From positions 1 through 59,270 of the IMG/VR virus record IMGVR_UViG_3300005096_000097: a stretch of 59,270 bases of DNA; one strand, 5' to 3'. This stretch comes from a virus (lineage: Duplodnaviria > Caudoviricetes). Below are positions 29,562 to 39,300 of this stretch, piece after piece (position 1 is the first letter of the stretch; each line of letters opens with the position of its first letter). The position numbers and the translations under genes are program-made. A model generated the notes under the pieces. It searched no databases, was not told where the DNA came from, and saw nothing but the letters and a program-made list of their open reading frames with translations.

Positions 29562-29888
29562 ATGATAAATCTTGATTCAATCGAAGTTACTTGGGTACTG
29601 ATTGACCCCTACAATCAATCACGGGAGGCTTTCTACATCAATGGGGAGCTGGTATTGACCGACCATGTGGACTACCAGGCTGAGGGGTACATGTGCGGGT
29701 GGTTAGACTGCCTGTATTACCAGGGTTGGACTGGGGAGTATACGGTCCGAACCCTTGAGAAACCACCTGAGAGCAAGTATGCGCATGGCAACTGGGACTT
29801 CCCCGAGAAATTAGACGACTTGCGTCTCCCCGGCGTGGATTTCACGAATATGCTATATGATAGAGACATAAACGGACCCACTCGATAA
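29562..29888 (+). CDS. sixth member of the 'FYINGEL...GWTGEY' paralogue family
   Basis: 'NLDSIEVTWVLID......AFYINGEL' matches the 25799-27431 family. Confidence 0.7.
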   Translation: MINLDSIEVTWVLIDPYNQSREAFYINGELVLTDHVDYQAEGYMCGWLDCLYYQGWTGEYTVRTLEKPPESKYAHGNWDFPEKLDDLRLPGVDFTNMLYDRDINGPTR

Positions 29889-29908
29889 CACTCATTAAGG
29901 AAGATGAC

Positions 29909-30373
29909 ATGATTAAACCACAACTACGAATTGTCGGACCTCGGAGCTTTCTACTGGAACAGGGCTACTCTCAAGGAGACTGGTTTCTTCAGTACCCGGC
30001 TGATGAATGGGAAGTCTTGGATGGTCGGGGTCTGGATATCTTTGTCAATAGTGTCCGAATGAAAGCAGTTGATTGGGACTCGGAACGACGAATCCCGGTC
30101 TACAAGGACCAAGACATGCCTGCTTACAATGACATTAGGAACCGGGCAGACAAGGATGATACATGTCAGTGGGGACCTGAGTTTACCCTGACCCTAGCAA
30201 ACGGGGTCCAAGCTACATTGTGGCTCGGGAATCCATCCAGCAGGGTGTTGATGTCCTCAATCCGTGTCCACGGGGACTATGTGTTGATTCCTCAGGTGCG
30301 AAATCATAACGAGCACACTTGGTACGTGCCAATTGTCATAGAAACCGTTGTTTTTGATGAGATTGTTCAATGA
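29909..30373 (+). CDS. hypothetical protein
   Basis: 154 aa, AAGGA RBS. Confidence 0.65.
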   Translation: MIKPQLRIVGPRSFLLEQGYSQGDWFLQYPADEWEVLDGRGLDIFVNSVRMKAVDWDSERRIPVYKDQDMPAYNDIRNRADKDDTCQWGPEFTLTLANGVQATLWLGNPSSRVLMSSIRVHGDYVLIPQVRNHNEHTWYVPIVIETVVFDEIVQ

Positions 30374-30936
30374 AAATCTTCCTTGACATGGATGGCGTGC
30401 TGACCAACTGTCACTTATCAGCTCTTAGTTACTACGGACTCCACATTGACGAGTATCCCCTAAACATGCGGGTGAAGGACATCCTGGCCGGGAATGGTAT
30501 TGCCGTCCCGGCTGATCATGACGTGTTCTGGGAAAGCTTCACTGAGGACTTCTGGGATGCTCTGACAAAGACAGACATCTGCGATATCCTCTTGAAGACC
30601 TCCGTCAGTATTGCAGGTCAAGAGAATGTCTTCCTGGCGACCCGTCCGACGCTCAATCCACAATCCTACTCAGGTAAAGCTATCTGGGTGCGCGAGAACC
30701 TCCCGGAATGGATATGGGGTCAGGTCATTATGACTGGGAACAAAGAGTTTCTGGCATCCCCTGATGCTCTGTTGGTGGACGACCACCCTGTCAATTGCGA
30801 GAAGTTCGAGGCAGCAGGTGGAACAGCTCTACTGGTCCCCCGCCCGTGGAATGGCAACGAAGATATCTCGAAACACGAGATGTTAAGCCTGCTGTTCGGT
30901 GCAGCCGGATCTATTAAAGTGGACATCGGAGAATAA
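30370..30936 (+). CDS. HAD-superfamily 5'(3')-deoxyribonucleotidase-like phosphatase
   Basis: 'IFLDMDGVL', 'GK..W', 'LLVDD'. Confidence 0.88.
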   Translation: MKIFLDMDGVLTNCHLSALSYYGLHIDEYPLNMRVKDILAGNGIAVPADHDVFWESFTEDFWDALTKTDICDILLKTSVSIAGQENVFLATRPTLNPQSYSGKAIWVRENLPEWIWGQVIMTGNKEFLASPDALLVDDHPVNCEKFEAAGGTALLVPRPWNGNEDISKHEMLSLLFGAAGSIKVDIGE

Positions 30937-30950
30937 TCCGAGAAATTGGC

Positions 30951-30978
30951 TTGCGTTTCTCAGATTATGGTGTAGACT
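30951..30978 (+). promoter_or_regulatory. sigma70-like promoter
   Basis: TTGCGT-N16-TAGACT followed by TAGGGT; same layout as 32085. Confidence 0.55.
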
Positions 30979-31020
30979 TAGGGTGTGAGCAGTTACTATT
31001 CTTATTTCGGAGACCACAAG

Positions 31021-32076
31021 ATGCCCAAAACCACCACAAAGAGTAAGACCACAAAGAGTAAGACCACAAAGAGTAAGACCACAAAGAGTAAGAAGACCAC
31101 GGCAAAGAAGGTCAGTACAGTCATGGCAACAAGGCGACCCACGAAAACTGGAAAAGTGGTGTCCTCGCCAAAACCTCCAAGTGTTGCTCACTTACCCCCA
31201 CTCGTGATACCACCTCAGCGGAAAACGTTCCCACACCCCTTTAAGGGTTGCGAGGACATCATCACTCGTGTCGAGGTCATGACACCAAAGCGGGCAACAG
31301 TTCTTATGTCACGAAATGTGTGCAACCGGAAATTCACAAAGTCTCGCGTAACAAATTATACCCGGTATATGGGCCAAGGTGAGTGGGTGTATTCCAACGA
31401 TGCCATCTGGCTCGATAAAGACGGCACAGTGGTCAATGGTCAGCATCGGTTAACAGCCTGCATTGCTTCAGGGATCGATTTTGCTTGCCAAGTGGTTTAT
31501 AATGTTGACCGGAAGTGGTCAACAGGTCTAGACCAGGTCGGGAACCGAACCGCCTCTCAGAAGTTATGGGAAGCAGGGCATGGTGATAAGTCGGCCGCCT
31601 CCAAACTGGTGCGGGCTCTCGCTCGTCCATCCCTGGAGAAACAAGGTACCGGGATAAAGTTATCACCGGCGGAGACAGTAGACTTGTTTGAATTATATGA
31701 GGACGGGATTAACTTTGTTCTCGAACACGTCTCCGGGCAACCTCGTTGTGGTAGGGCAACCTACCGGGCGGCCTTGGTCAGGGCATACTACTATGTGGCT
31801 GAGGATGTCTTAATTCGATTTATGAACATCGTGAGTGGTGAAGAGGAGGGGCTATCCTCGAAGTTGGATAATGGGGCTGTGCTTTTTCGGTCCTTCCTAC
31901 ACAACTCCTATGGGGTTAAGGCTGGGGGTAATGGTGACAAGCATGTTCATGGGAAAACAGAGCGGGCTCTTATCGCCTTTGTTAACCGTGAGCCAATTGA
32001 ACGTTTAGTCGCCTTTAAGGATGAACAATTCCCTCTAGTGGACTGCGATATGGCGGTTATTCCCAAGGGAACCTAG
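31021..32076 (+). CDS. ParB-N-like domain protein with Lys-rich N-terminal tail
   Basis: 'NRKF...V..Y...M..GEW', 'VVNGQHRLTA'; (KSKTT)n repeat encoded by a 15-bp VNTR; GGAG RBS. Confidence 0.75.
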   Translation: MPKTTTKSKTTKSKTTKSKTTKSKKTTAKKVSTVMATRRPTKTGKVVSSPKPPSVAHLPPLVIPPQRKTFPHPFKGCEDIITRVEVMTPKRATVLMSRNVCNRKFTKSRVTNYTRYMGQGEWVYSNDAIWLDKDGTVVNGQHRLTACIASGIDFACQVVYNVDRKWSTGLDQVGNRTASQKLWEAGHGDKSAASKLVRALARPSLEKQGTGIKLSPAETVDLFELYEDGINFVLEHVSGQPRCGRATYRAALVRAYYYVAEDVLIRFMNIVSGEEEGLSSKLDNGAVLFRSFLHNSYGVKAGGNGDKHVHGKTERALIAFVNREPIERLVAFKDEQFPLVDCDMAVIPKGT

Positions 32077-32084
32077 ATTTCCAC

Positions 32085-32112
32085 TTGCATCCCTGAGAAT
32101 CGGATGTATACT
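32085..32112 (+). promoter_or_regulatory. sigma70-like promoter
   Basis: TTGCAT-N16-TATACT followed by TAGGGT. Confidence 0.6.
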
Positions 32113-32128
32113 TAGGGTAGTTAACTTA

Positions 32129-32317
32129 ATGGAGAACACAATGTCCGAGACCTACGAAGTTGTTGACGATGCCTTTTGGCGAAACCACATGGACAAGAGA
32201 CTCAAGCGATTCCGACGCCCCTTGTACAGTGGTAACGAGTACGTGATTTTGTCGATGCCTGCATTCCTTGGACTCATTGCGATTTTGAACTTCCTACCCG
32301 ACTGGGTAGGGTCTTAA
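32129..32317 (+). CDS. small membrane protein
   Basis: C-terminal TM; start probably ATG 32141 (GGAG RBS). Confidence 0.55.
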   Translation: MENTMSETYEVVDDAFWRNHMDKRLKRFRRPLYSGNEYVILSMPAFLGLIAILNFLPDWVGS

Positions 32318-32320
32318 AGT

Positions 32321-32359
32321 CTTGGGCACCACACCTGAAGACAGGTTGGGGTGCCCAAG
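32321..32359 (+). terminator. long hairpin upstream of tatA (terminator or leader structure)
   Basis: CTTGGGCACC..ACCTG-AAGA-CAGGT..GGTGCCCAAG followed by a T-rich tract. Confidence 0.6.
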
Positions 32360-32395
32360 CATTTTACTTTCCACTTTCTATTTGAGGAGACACAG

Positions 32396-32686
32396 ATGAG
32401 TAACTTATTTGCTTTCATGATGCCAGGCGCTCCAGAGTTGTTGATTATTGGCATTATCGCCGTCCTACTCTTTGGCAGCAGGCTTCCTAAGCTTGCATAC
32501 TCCATGGGTAATAGCTACACTCAGTTCAAACAGGGTTTGTCAGAGACGACTTCCGAAATCTCATCCTGTAAGGATAAGATTAACGCGGGACGTGATGCCG
32601 TCCAGGCGTCAATTGAAAAGGACATCCAGAAGGTTAAGGCCTCGGTTGACAAGGGCGTCCAGTCCGTCAAGGACTCGGTCAAATAA
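32396..32686 (+). CDS. tatA: twin-arginine translocase TatA/E subunit
   Basis: 'PGAPELLIIGIIAVLLFGSRLPKLAYSMGNSYTQFKQGL' = TM helix, FG hinge and amphipathic helix of TatA; GAGGAG RBS. Confidence 0.9.
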   Translation: MSNLFAFMMPGAPELLIIGIIAVLLFGSRLPKLAYSMGNSYTQFKQGLSETTSEISSCKDKINAGRDAVQASIEKDIQKVKASVDKGVQSVKDSVK

Positions 32687-33419
32687 TGGCACTTGACAAG
32701 CCAACCGAGGGTGAGTACGATTTGGTTTTGTACCACCCTCGGGAAAACGAGTCGGGAGCTATTCATCGGGTAACAAACTACCCAATCAAATGCCAGGGTA
32801 ATTGTAACTGGCGGAAGCGGCGGTGGCCTTATCGGGCTGGGTGGCATAACGTTTGTATTGATTGCGGAGCATTTGCGAGATGAGCCTGGCTGATGAACTT
32901 AATATGTTGGTGTTGGCTTCCAAGGATACCCCCACCAAACGCCGACCTATTGATCATGCCTATGCAATTACAGTCCAGAGCATGCAGGAAGCTGCCAGAC
33001 GGGGCTTACCATGGTGCTGCCTTCCGGAGGGGTTATTTGAATTGAACCCCACTCAACTGGATCGCCTATTGATAATCCTGATAGCAGAGGGTATCAATGT
33101 CACCAAGTACACGTGTGCCTATGACACTGACCTTCATTACACCAACTTGGAGTGGTAGATGCTTTTCGCACGAGAGCTGATTGACATTACGCGGCGGAAG
33201 TTGTTAGAGACTGAGGCTGTGGCGACCACCTACAAGAAGATTAAAGGGGTGCTCCGGGAGTGTGCCGACCAGGGGCTTAGCTCCCGTGATTTCCCGCTGA
33301 CGGGACTTCTCAAGCATAACGACGACGCGATATTTTACCTACTTCGGACTGATGGGCTCTCGGTAACTGCCGCATACAAGAATCCGATAGGTGAATTTTG
33401 GATCATTCGGTGGAGATAA
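32686..33419 (+). CDS. three small hypothetical genes (32686-32883, 32880-33158, 33159-33419; the last two are paralogues)
   Basis: Coupled ORFs; the last two share 'A.EL...A..GL......L..L...G..V......W'. Confidence 0.6.
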
Positions 33420-33426
33420 TTGTAAC

Positions 33427-33947
33427 ATGACAGTTGTATGGACATTCTTGGTAATGGACACGTATTTTGCGTGGATATTATCTCTCTTGTACTTCGGCAT
33501 CCAAGCCAGCGACCGAACGGTGTCGGCTTGGTACTCAAATTATCGTAAATCGGCAATCTGTCTCCAGATTATACGGTCATGGGGCTCATGGATGCTATAT
33601 TTCACCCTTGGATTGGTACTATTTTCGATAGGGGTTCTAAAATGATTGCTTTGTGTTTAGGGATAATTTGGTGCCTGCTGGCCACACTGACTATGGTACT
33701 CTGGGTTGTTACGCGCATTGAGATACACGTCGTTAGGGAGCGGGAACGGGCAGGTCAGAGTACCACAGGGGACTGGGCTGATGTCCGGGGTGCTGGTGGT
33801 GGCGCCCTCCTCTTCACTGGGCTGTTAGTGGCAGTTGCTATTACATGGGTACCCTACGCGGGTTTGCCCGTTGTGTTAACCCTTACCCACCTGGGACTCC
33901 TGGGTGGTGTTTTATTCACATATAATTTAATGAGTCAGGATGGTTAG
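33427..33947 (+). CDS. two small membrane proteins (33427-33645, 33642-33947)
   Basis: 2-3 hydrophobic helices each; ATGA overlap. Confidence 0.6.
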
Positions 33948-33952
33948 ATCAG

Positions 33953-35798
33953 ATGGATGCTGAACCCACACACACGATCACAGTTCACGAAGATGGTCTG
34001 AAGTATGGTCAAATTGATGGTCACTACTTCAGCCCACAGCGGGACGCCAAATTCACTGTCAAGGATTTACAGAACATCATCCGGTTGATGGAAAACCATC
34101 AGACCTCAGACACCCCTGTATGGGAGTATGTCTCCATCCAGAAACAGAAGGACGACTTTGGCCGCCTGATATTAGTGGTCCATCCTGGTGTGTATACCAC
34201 CCGTCCCGATATTGGGTCTGCCATTACTGTGGATGGGAACCCGTACACCTTGGATGCCATCTGCAAGGGTGTTCGAGGGAGTGATAACCTCCATTTTGCT
34301 GTCACACCCGTTGTTGAGAATCTGGAAGAAGCATTTAAGAGATTTGGACCAATGGGACAAGTGCCGTCTAGTCTCAACCAGGTCGTCCAGATGGAATCTC
34401 GGCAGGAGCGAATCCCATCGACGCAACACTTCACGAGTGTGTGCAACACAAAACATGGCGATGGCTGGACTCATGTGGTCCAGTTCCCTCTTGGGAGCGA
34501 GCGTCCATCAGCCGGTAAACATGTCCTCATTGATGGGGGTGCCTACAAGGTGCTCGACGTTAAGGATGCAATGCAACCTGCTCGCCTGGCTCTGACGGTC
34601 ATCCCAGTACTCGTACCTCAGAGGTCAGAGAAACAGTATGTGTGACGCAGAAGCTCAGAGGCTCAAAGAAATCCATGCGAGGATGCACGCCGTCATGGCC
34701 GGGGGAGCCCTGGCGAGGGCTCAGAGGCACCTCAATAAGTCGGATTCGTTACCACCTCCTGAGACAACCATCACTATACCCCGCGATGACTATAACGCCC
34801 TGGTGTCCGCCAAGACTCCCACCATTACTACACCCCTTGACGGTAGAGACACCCCACCCTCGATGGTTCCTCGAAGAAATGCAATGCCAGTCATGGCATT
34901 ACGCTTAGAATCCACGGTGGAACACTACAGTCCTGATGATACCAAGCGGGGGCTTCGCAGATTCGACGTTGTCCCTCGCCCGGATTACACCCCAGAGTTA
35001 GGCGGCATCGTTTATATTGATGGGGAGGAGTTCTGTGTCCAGGGTTACTATATCTATGATGGTGATGTGGGATGGGAAATGCTAGTCTCCGAGGTCATTA
35101 AAACCCCATCAGAAATACCCTGCCACGAAATGATTGCGGGGTCCTTCAAATCCCTCGCTCAGACCTCCGTCGGGTTTACTGAGAAGGAAGGGGCCTCAAC
35201 CTTCATTCTGAGTACTGCGTCCCATGACCGACCCATGCCTAAGAAAGGCTCCGCCATTCTCATTGATGGTTCCCCATACCAAGTGTGGCACTGGGGACCT
35301 GGGAAAGACAAGGTGCTTGTCCAGGGTACAGCTCAGACAGCTCGGGTTGTTGAAAGGTCTATGACTATTGACCCTGCGAGTGAAGTGGAAGGTCAGGAAG
35401 ACCTGGTTATTGTTGGGCGGTTCACTGCGGAGATGTACGGCCACGATGGGCATGGGGGCTTTATGGCCCTCATTAAGATACCAGTGTTCTACACCTATGA
35501 TCTGAAGCCCGAGGACACAATAACACTCGATGGGCTCCTATTTGAGGTGGAGGGTGTGGAGGGTGTGCCTGATGAGAACCTGTACTGGTGGATCTCATGC
35601 AAACCGGTCTTTCTGCCGCCAACACTAACCCCCTGCCCGGGTGTCAGACGGTCTGCCCAGGTGGACATACAAATCCGACCTCGGGAGTGGCCCGATGGTA
35701 TGCACACCTACCTAACTGGTAGTCAAGACACCCAATGGCAGCCGACTTCGCCCCAGGGCTCAGACAGGTCTAACCGCTTATTCGGACTAGGATCATAA
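33953..35798 (+). CDS. two multidomain members of the 'G..V.IDG..Y.V' beta-domain family (33953-34645, 34638-35798)
   Basis: 2 and 3 copies of the motif respectively. Confidence 0.7.
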
Positions 35799-35801
35799 TC
35801 C

Positions 35802-36367
35802 ATGAGTAACCCAATTCTAAACCTTGTGTGGTGCATCCTAACCTTCTCGTTCTGTGTCGGGGGTATTGTGGGTATGGTGCTGCTAACTGTGCCCACGCGG
35901 TACCCCAACCATGAACCAGGCGAGCCTGACACAACCCACTGTTACAAGTATGCAATGTGGACCTTGACATTCTCAGGGGTATTGGCCTGTGGGGCTATTT
36001 TCCTTGATCCTATTGCCCTAATTGAGGTTGTGGCACTAACCGGGTTTGGTATTGTAACACTTTGTACCTCAAAATGGCGAAACCGGGAGACTCCCACATG
36101 ATATTCTTCCTTTGCTTCCTGATTGCGTCCTTTATGGTCTGTGGTTTGTGTGGGCTATGCCAGTTGTACTCAGCCGCCCGTACATTTCCTGGTAAACGGC
36201 AGCGAGAATACCAAGGGTCAGGCTTGACAATGTTTGGCGTTGGACTTACACTTGCAGTATTGTCAGTAGCAATTCACTGGTCCGCCCTGATCCCCCTCGG
36301 CGTGATGCTGGGATTGATATTCAACCAACTTATACTCCGCCGACCAAATCCCGAGGACTTCAGATGA
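35802..36367 (+). CDS. two small 3-TM membrane proteins (35802-36101, 36098-36367)
   Basis: Hydrophobic helices; overlapping start/stop. Confidence 0.65.
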
Positions 36368-39300
36368 TAGACCCAACTGTCAATTACAATTTCAATGGCG
36401 ACCAAATACTAAGCCAGAACCCAAGTGGGCAGGGTACTGAGTTCTTCGTACTTGGGGATATGCAGTTCCAGCCTCAGTGGGGTGAGACTGCCTTTATTGA
36501 CGGTGTGTATTACACAGTCCTGGAGTCCCATGAAGTACATAATGCGGTTTCATTGACTTGTGAGAAGAGATCTGACCAGACCCCCCTACGTGCTCGGAAC
36601 CTGGATCACCTACCCTGGCGACTTACTCTGGAAAAGGAGGGGTTTCTGACTTATGTCTTCAATGAGGAAGACCGGGTGACCTTGGAAATGGGGATCTACG
36701 TGGTTATTGGGGGTTCTATTCACTACCTTAAGGGGCAATGGGTTCAGGATGAGGAATGGTACCTTAGGACTTTGCCAACTCCTGACGTGCTGCCAGGACC
36801 CTGGGACCCCGCCTACAGTTTCAGATCTGCCAACGAATATGCCCTCAACTCCGACAAGACTGGGTTCAACATTTGGGTACCCAAGTGCCCTGACTTTGTA
36901 CATCCAAAACCAGGAGACCTGGTTCAGATTGATCACGCCTATTACCTAGTGGAGCACTATGACCCTCTACAGCAGGGTATGGGTATGTCAAAACTTACTG
37001 GATGCCGGTGGCGGTTACCCCTACCAACTGATCACCCAGCACACGACACAACCATTTATGGACTTGACGTACTACGAATCATGGATAAGGACCCCGTGTC
37101 CTTTGGTGAGACAGTCTTTACGCTGCATGCAGATGGTCCATCACTGGGTACCTTTAACAAACTACGCCACAATGGCGACGTCTACCAAATCCTAGGACAG
37201 TCTGGTACTAAAGACTGGTTAAGGGTCTGGTGCCGGCTTATAGAAGAACCAGATATCATTCCAGGGGACCCTCAGGTCTCCGTAGGCGTCCAACACATGG
37301 TCTCATAGAGCCCAGAGGGGTTTGTTGGCGTTCCGAGGCACATATTTACGACCAGGGCTCTGAAAGCCCCTTGTTGGAGCTAAGAATTGATATGACTGAC
37401 CCATTATTCGTAGTCAGACTGGTTAAAGGGGGTTCCGAACGTGAAGTCCACTACAATGGGGTTTACGTGGGACGTATTCATGGTGGGGACTTTAGGTCCT
37501 GTGGGACTCGTTGGTACACACCCAAATTGCTGGCTCTCATCCTGGAATACATTGCCGAGCACCCAGCCGGGAGCATCCCGGAGCAATGGAGCTTCGAGTC
37601 CATTGATGATGTGATACACATTCACGATGGGGAATTTATGGCTATCTTTGAATTCCCGGAGGAGGCGTCCCAGCGACCTTGGCGGGACTGCATAGTGTTG
37701 ATGGATGGTACACCAACAAAACTCGCCCACATCCTGGAACTAAAAGATGACACCCGGGTAGTTGCCCGTTGTAAATACGTGGAGATGACCAATGACTAAT
37801 ACTGTAACGTTTGCGCAGACGAACAATGGCTATCGGACTGCAACATGGGTTGGCTGTACTCTGGGCACTCTCGTTGGGCAGGATTTCCACCCAAATGAGG
37901 GTGTATGTGTCCCAAAGGACCAATTAGCGGAGATTATCCGGGAATTGAACCGCGACCCACAGGAAACAGTGCCCGAACGATGGAGGTTCAAGTCCGAGGG
38001 TTTGAGTCTCGACAGCCCAAGAGGGTGTCAGGTTATTGCCAGAATAGATCTTGCTGGGTCCTATGTGCAGGGACTTGTTCCAAATACTGGGTCCTACATT
38101 ATAGTTGATGACATTGTGTTGGAAGTCACTCGAATGTACCGATTACATGACACCCACTTCTACATTGTGGTGGGAAATCGGATTCCGGCACCTCGTGGGA
38201 CACATATGCACTTCAAAGACACCCCCTCTAGGTAGGACCTAAGATGTACTGGGTCAATAGTTATGGACACTGAGTATGATGAAGTACGTGGCTTTGAAGC
38301 CCGAGGTTATGGGCCACGGATAGTTGATGGTCAGGTAACATATGACCTAATCGAAGTCCACATGTGTTGGGATGCGATCCGCGAACTGGAGCCAGGGGAT
38401 ATTGTCCGGGTGGAATATATTGATTACACCCTCTATGACTTTTCGTATGGGAGTGCTGGACCAACATATTACTTACGGGTGCTGCCCGTTGATGATGCAG
38501 ACGACATAGAGACTTAATAATGACAACTGATACACCCGGATTTGAAAATACACACAAGCGCCCTGGGATTCTTGAGAAGAGCCTCCTCCATGACGGGTCG
38601 GGGTTGAGGCTGAATATCCCCCAACCATACATGAACAATGCGACCATTGGTCAGTTCGTGCAACTGGGGTCCAGCACCTACCAACTCACCTGGGTAGAAA
38701 GGTTGGAGAATTGCAGTCACTTCAAATGTACATGGGATCCCAAATATGGGGGTATTGGGATCGACGCGATACCCTCGCTGGACATCCGTCGTTGCCGCCC
38801 CGTCACGGATTGTCAATGTGATGACTATGCGGTGAAATGTGACTCCTTTGAGGGGTTTCCCACCCCAGATAGTCTAATTTGGACACCAAATGGGGTGGAT
38901 ATCCTTCGACAGGTACTGATTCGCAACCGTGAGTACTTCCATGTGAGTCTCCAACCCCTAGCAGCAGCCTATGCGAGCAACTACGGGGGGTACGTCCATC
39001 GTTTTGATGTTCCAGACGCCGAAGATTATGAACGAATGTGGTCCATGGAGGGTGAAACACTCCTCCGCATCCCGGCTGTGGGCCCTGCAAGCGTACCCAC
39101 TCCTGGAGAGTTGTTGAATTGGTTTGGCACCATATACGTGGTTTTGAAGAGTCGATATGTCCCGGAACGTCCAAGTAAGGATGCAGGGTGGGATTTACAT
39201 TGTTTACGAATTGAACGGAACACCGATGGTTGAACACCCAATTACAATACATGCTGACCCGAGATACATCTGGGCGCCCGAGGGACTTGCTGGGTACACT

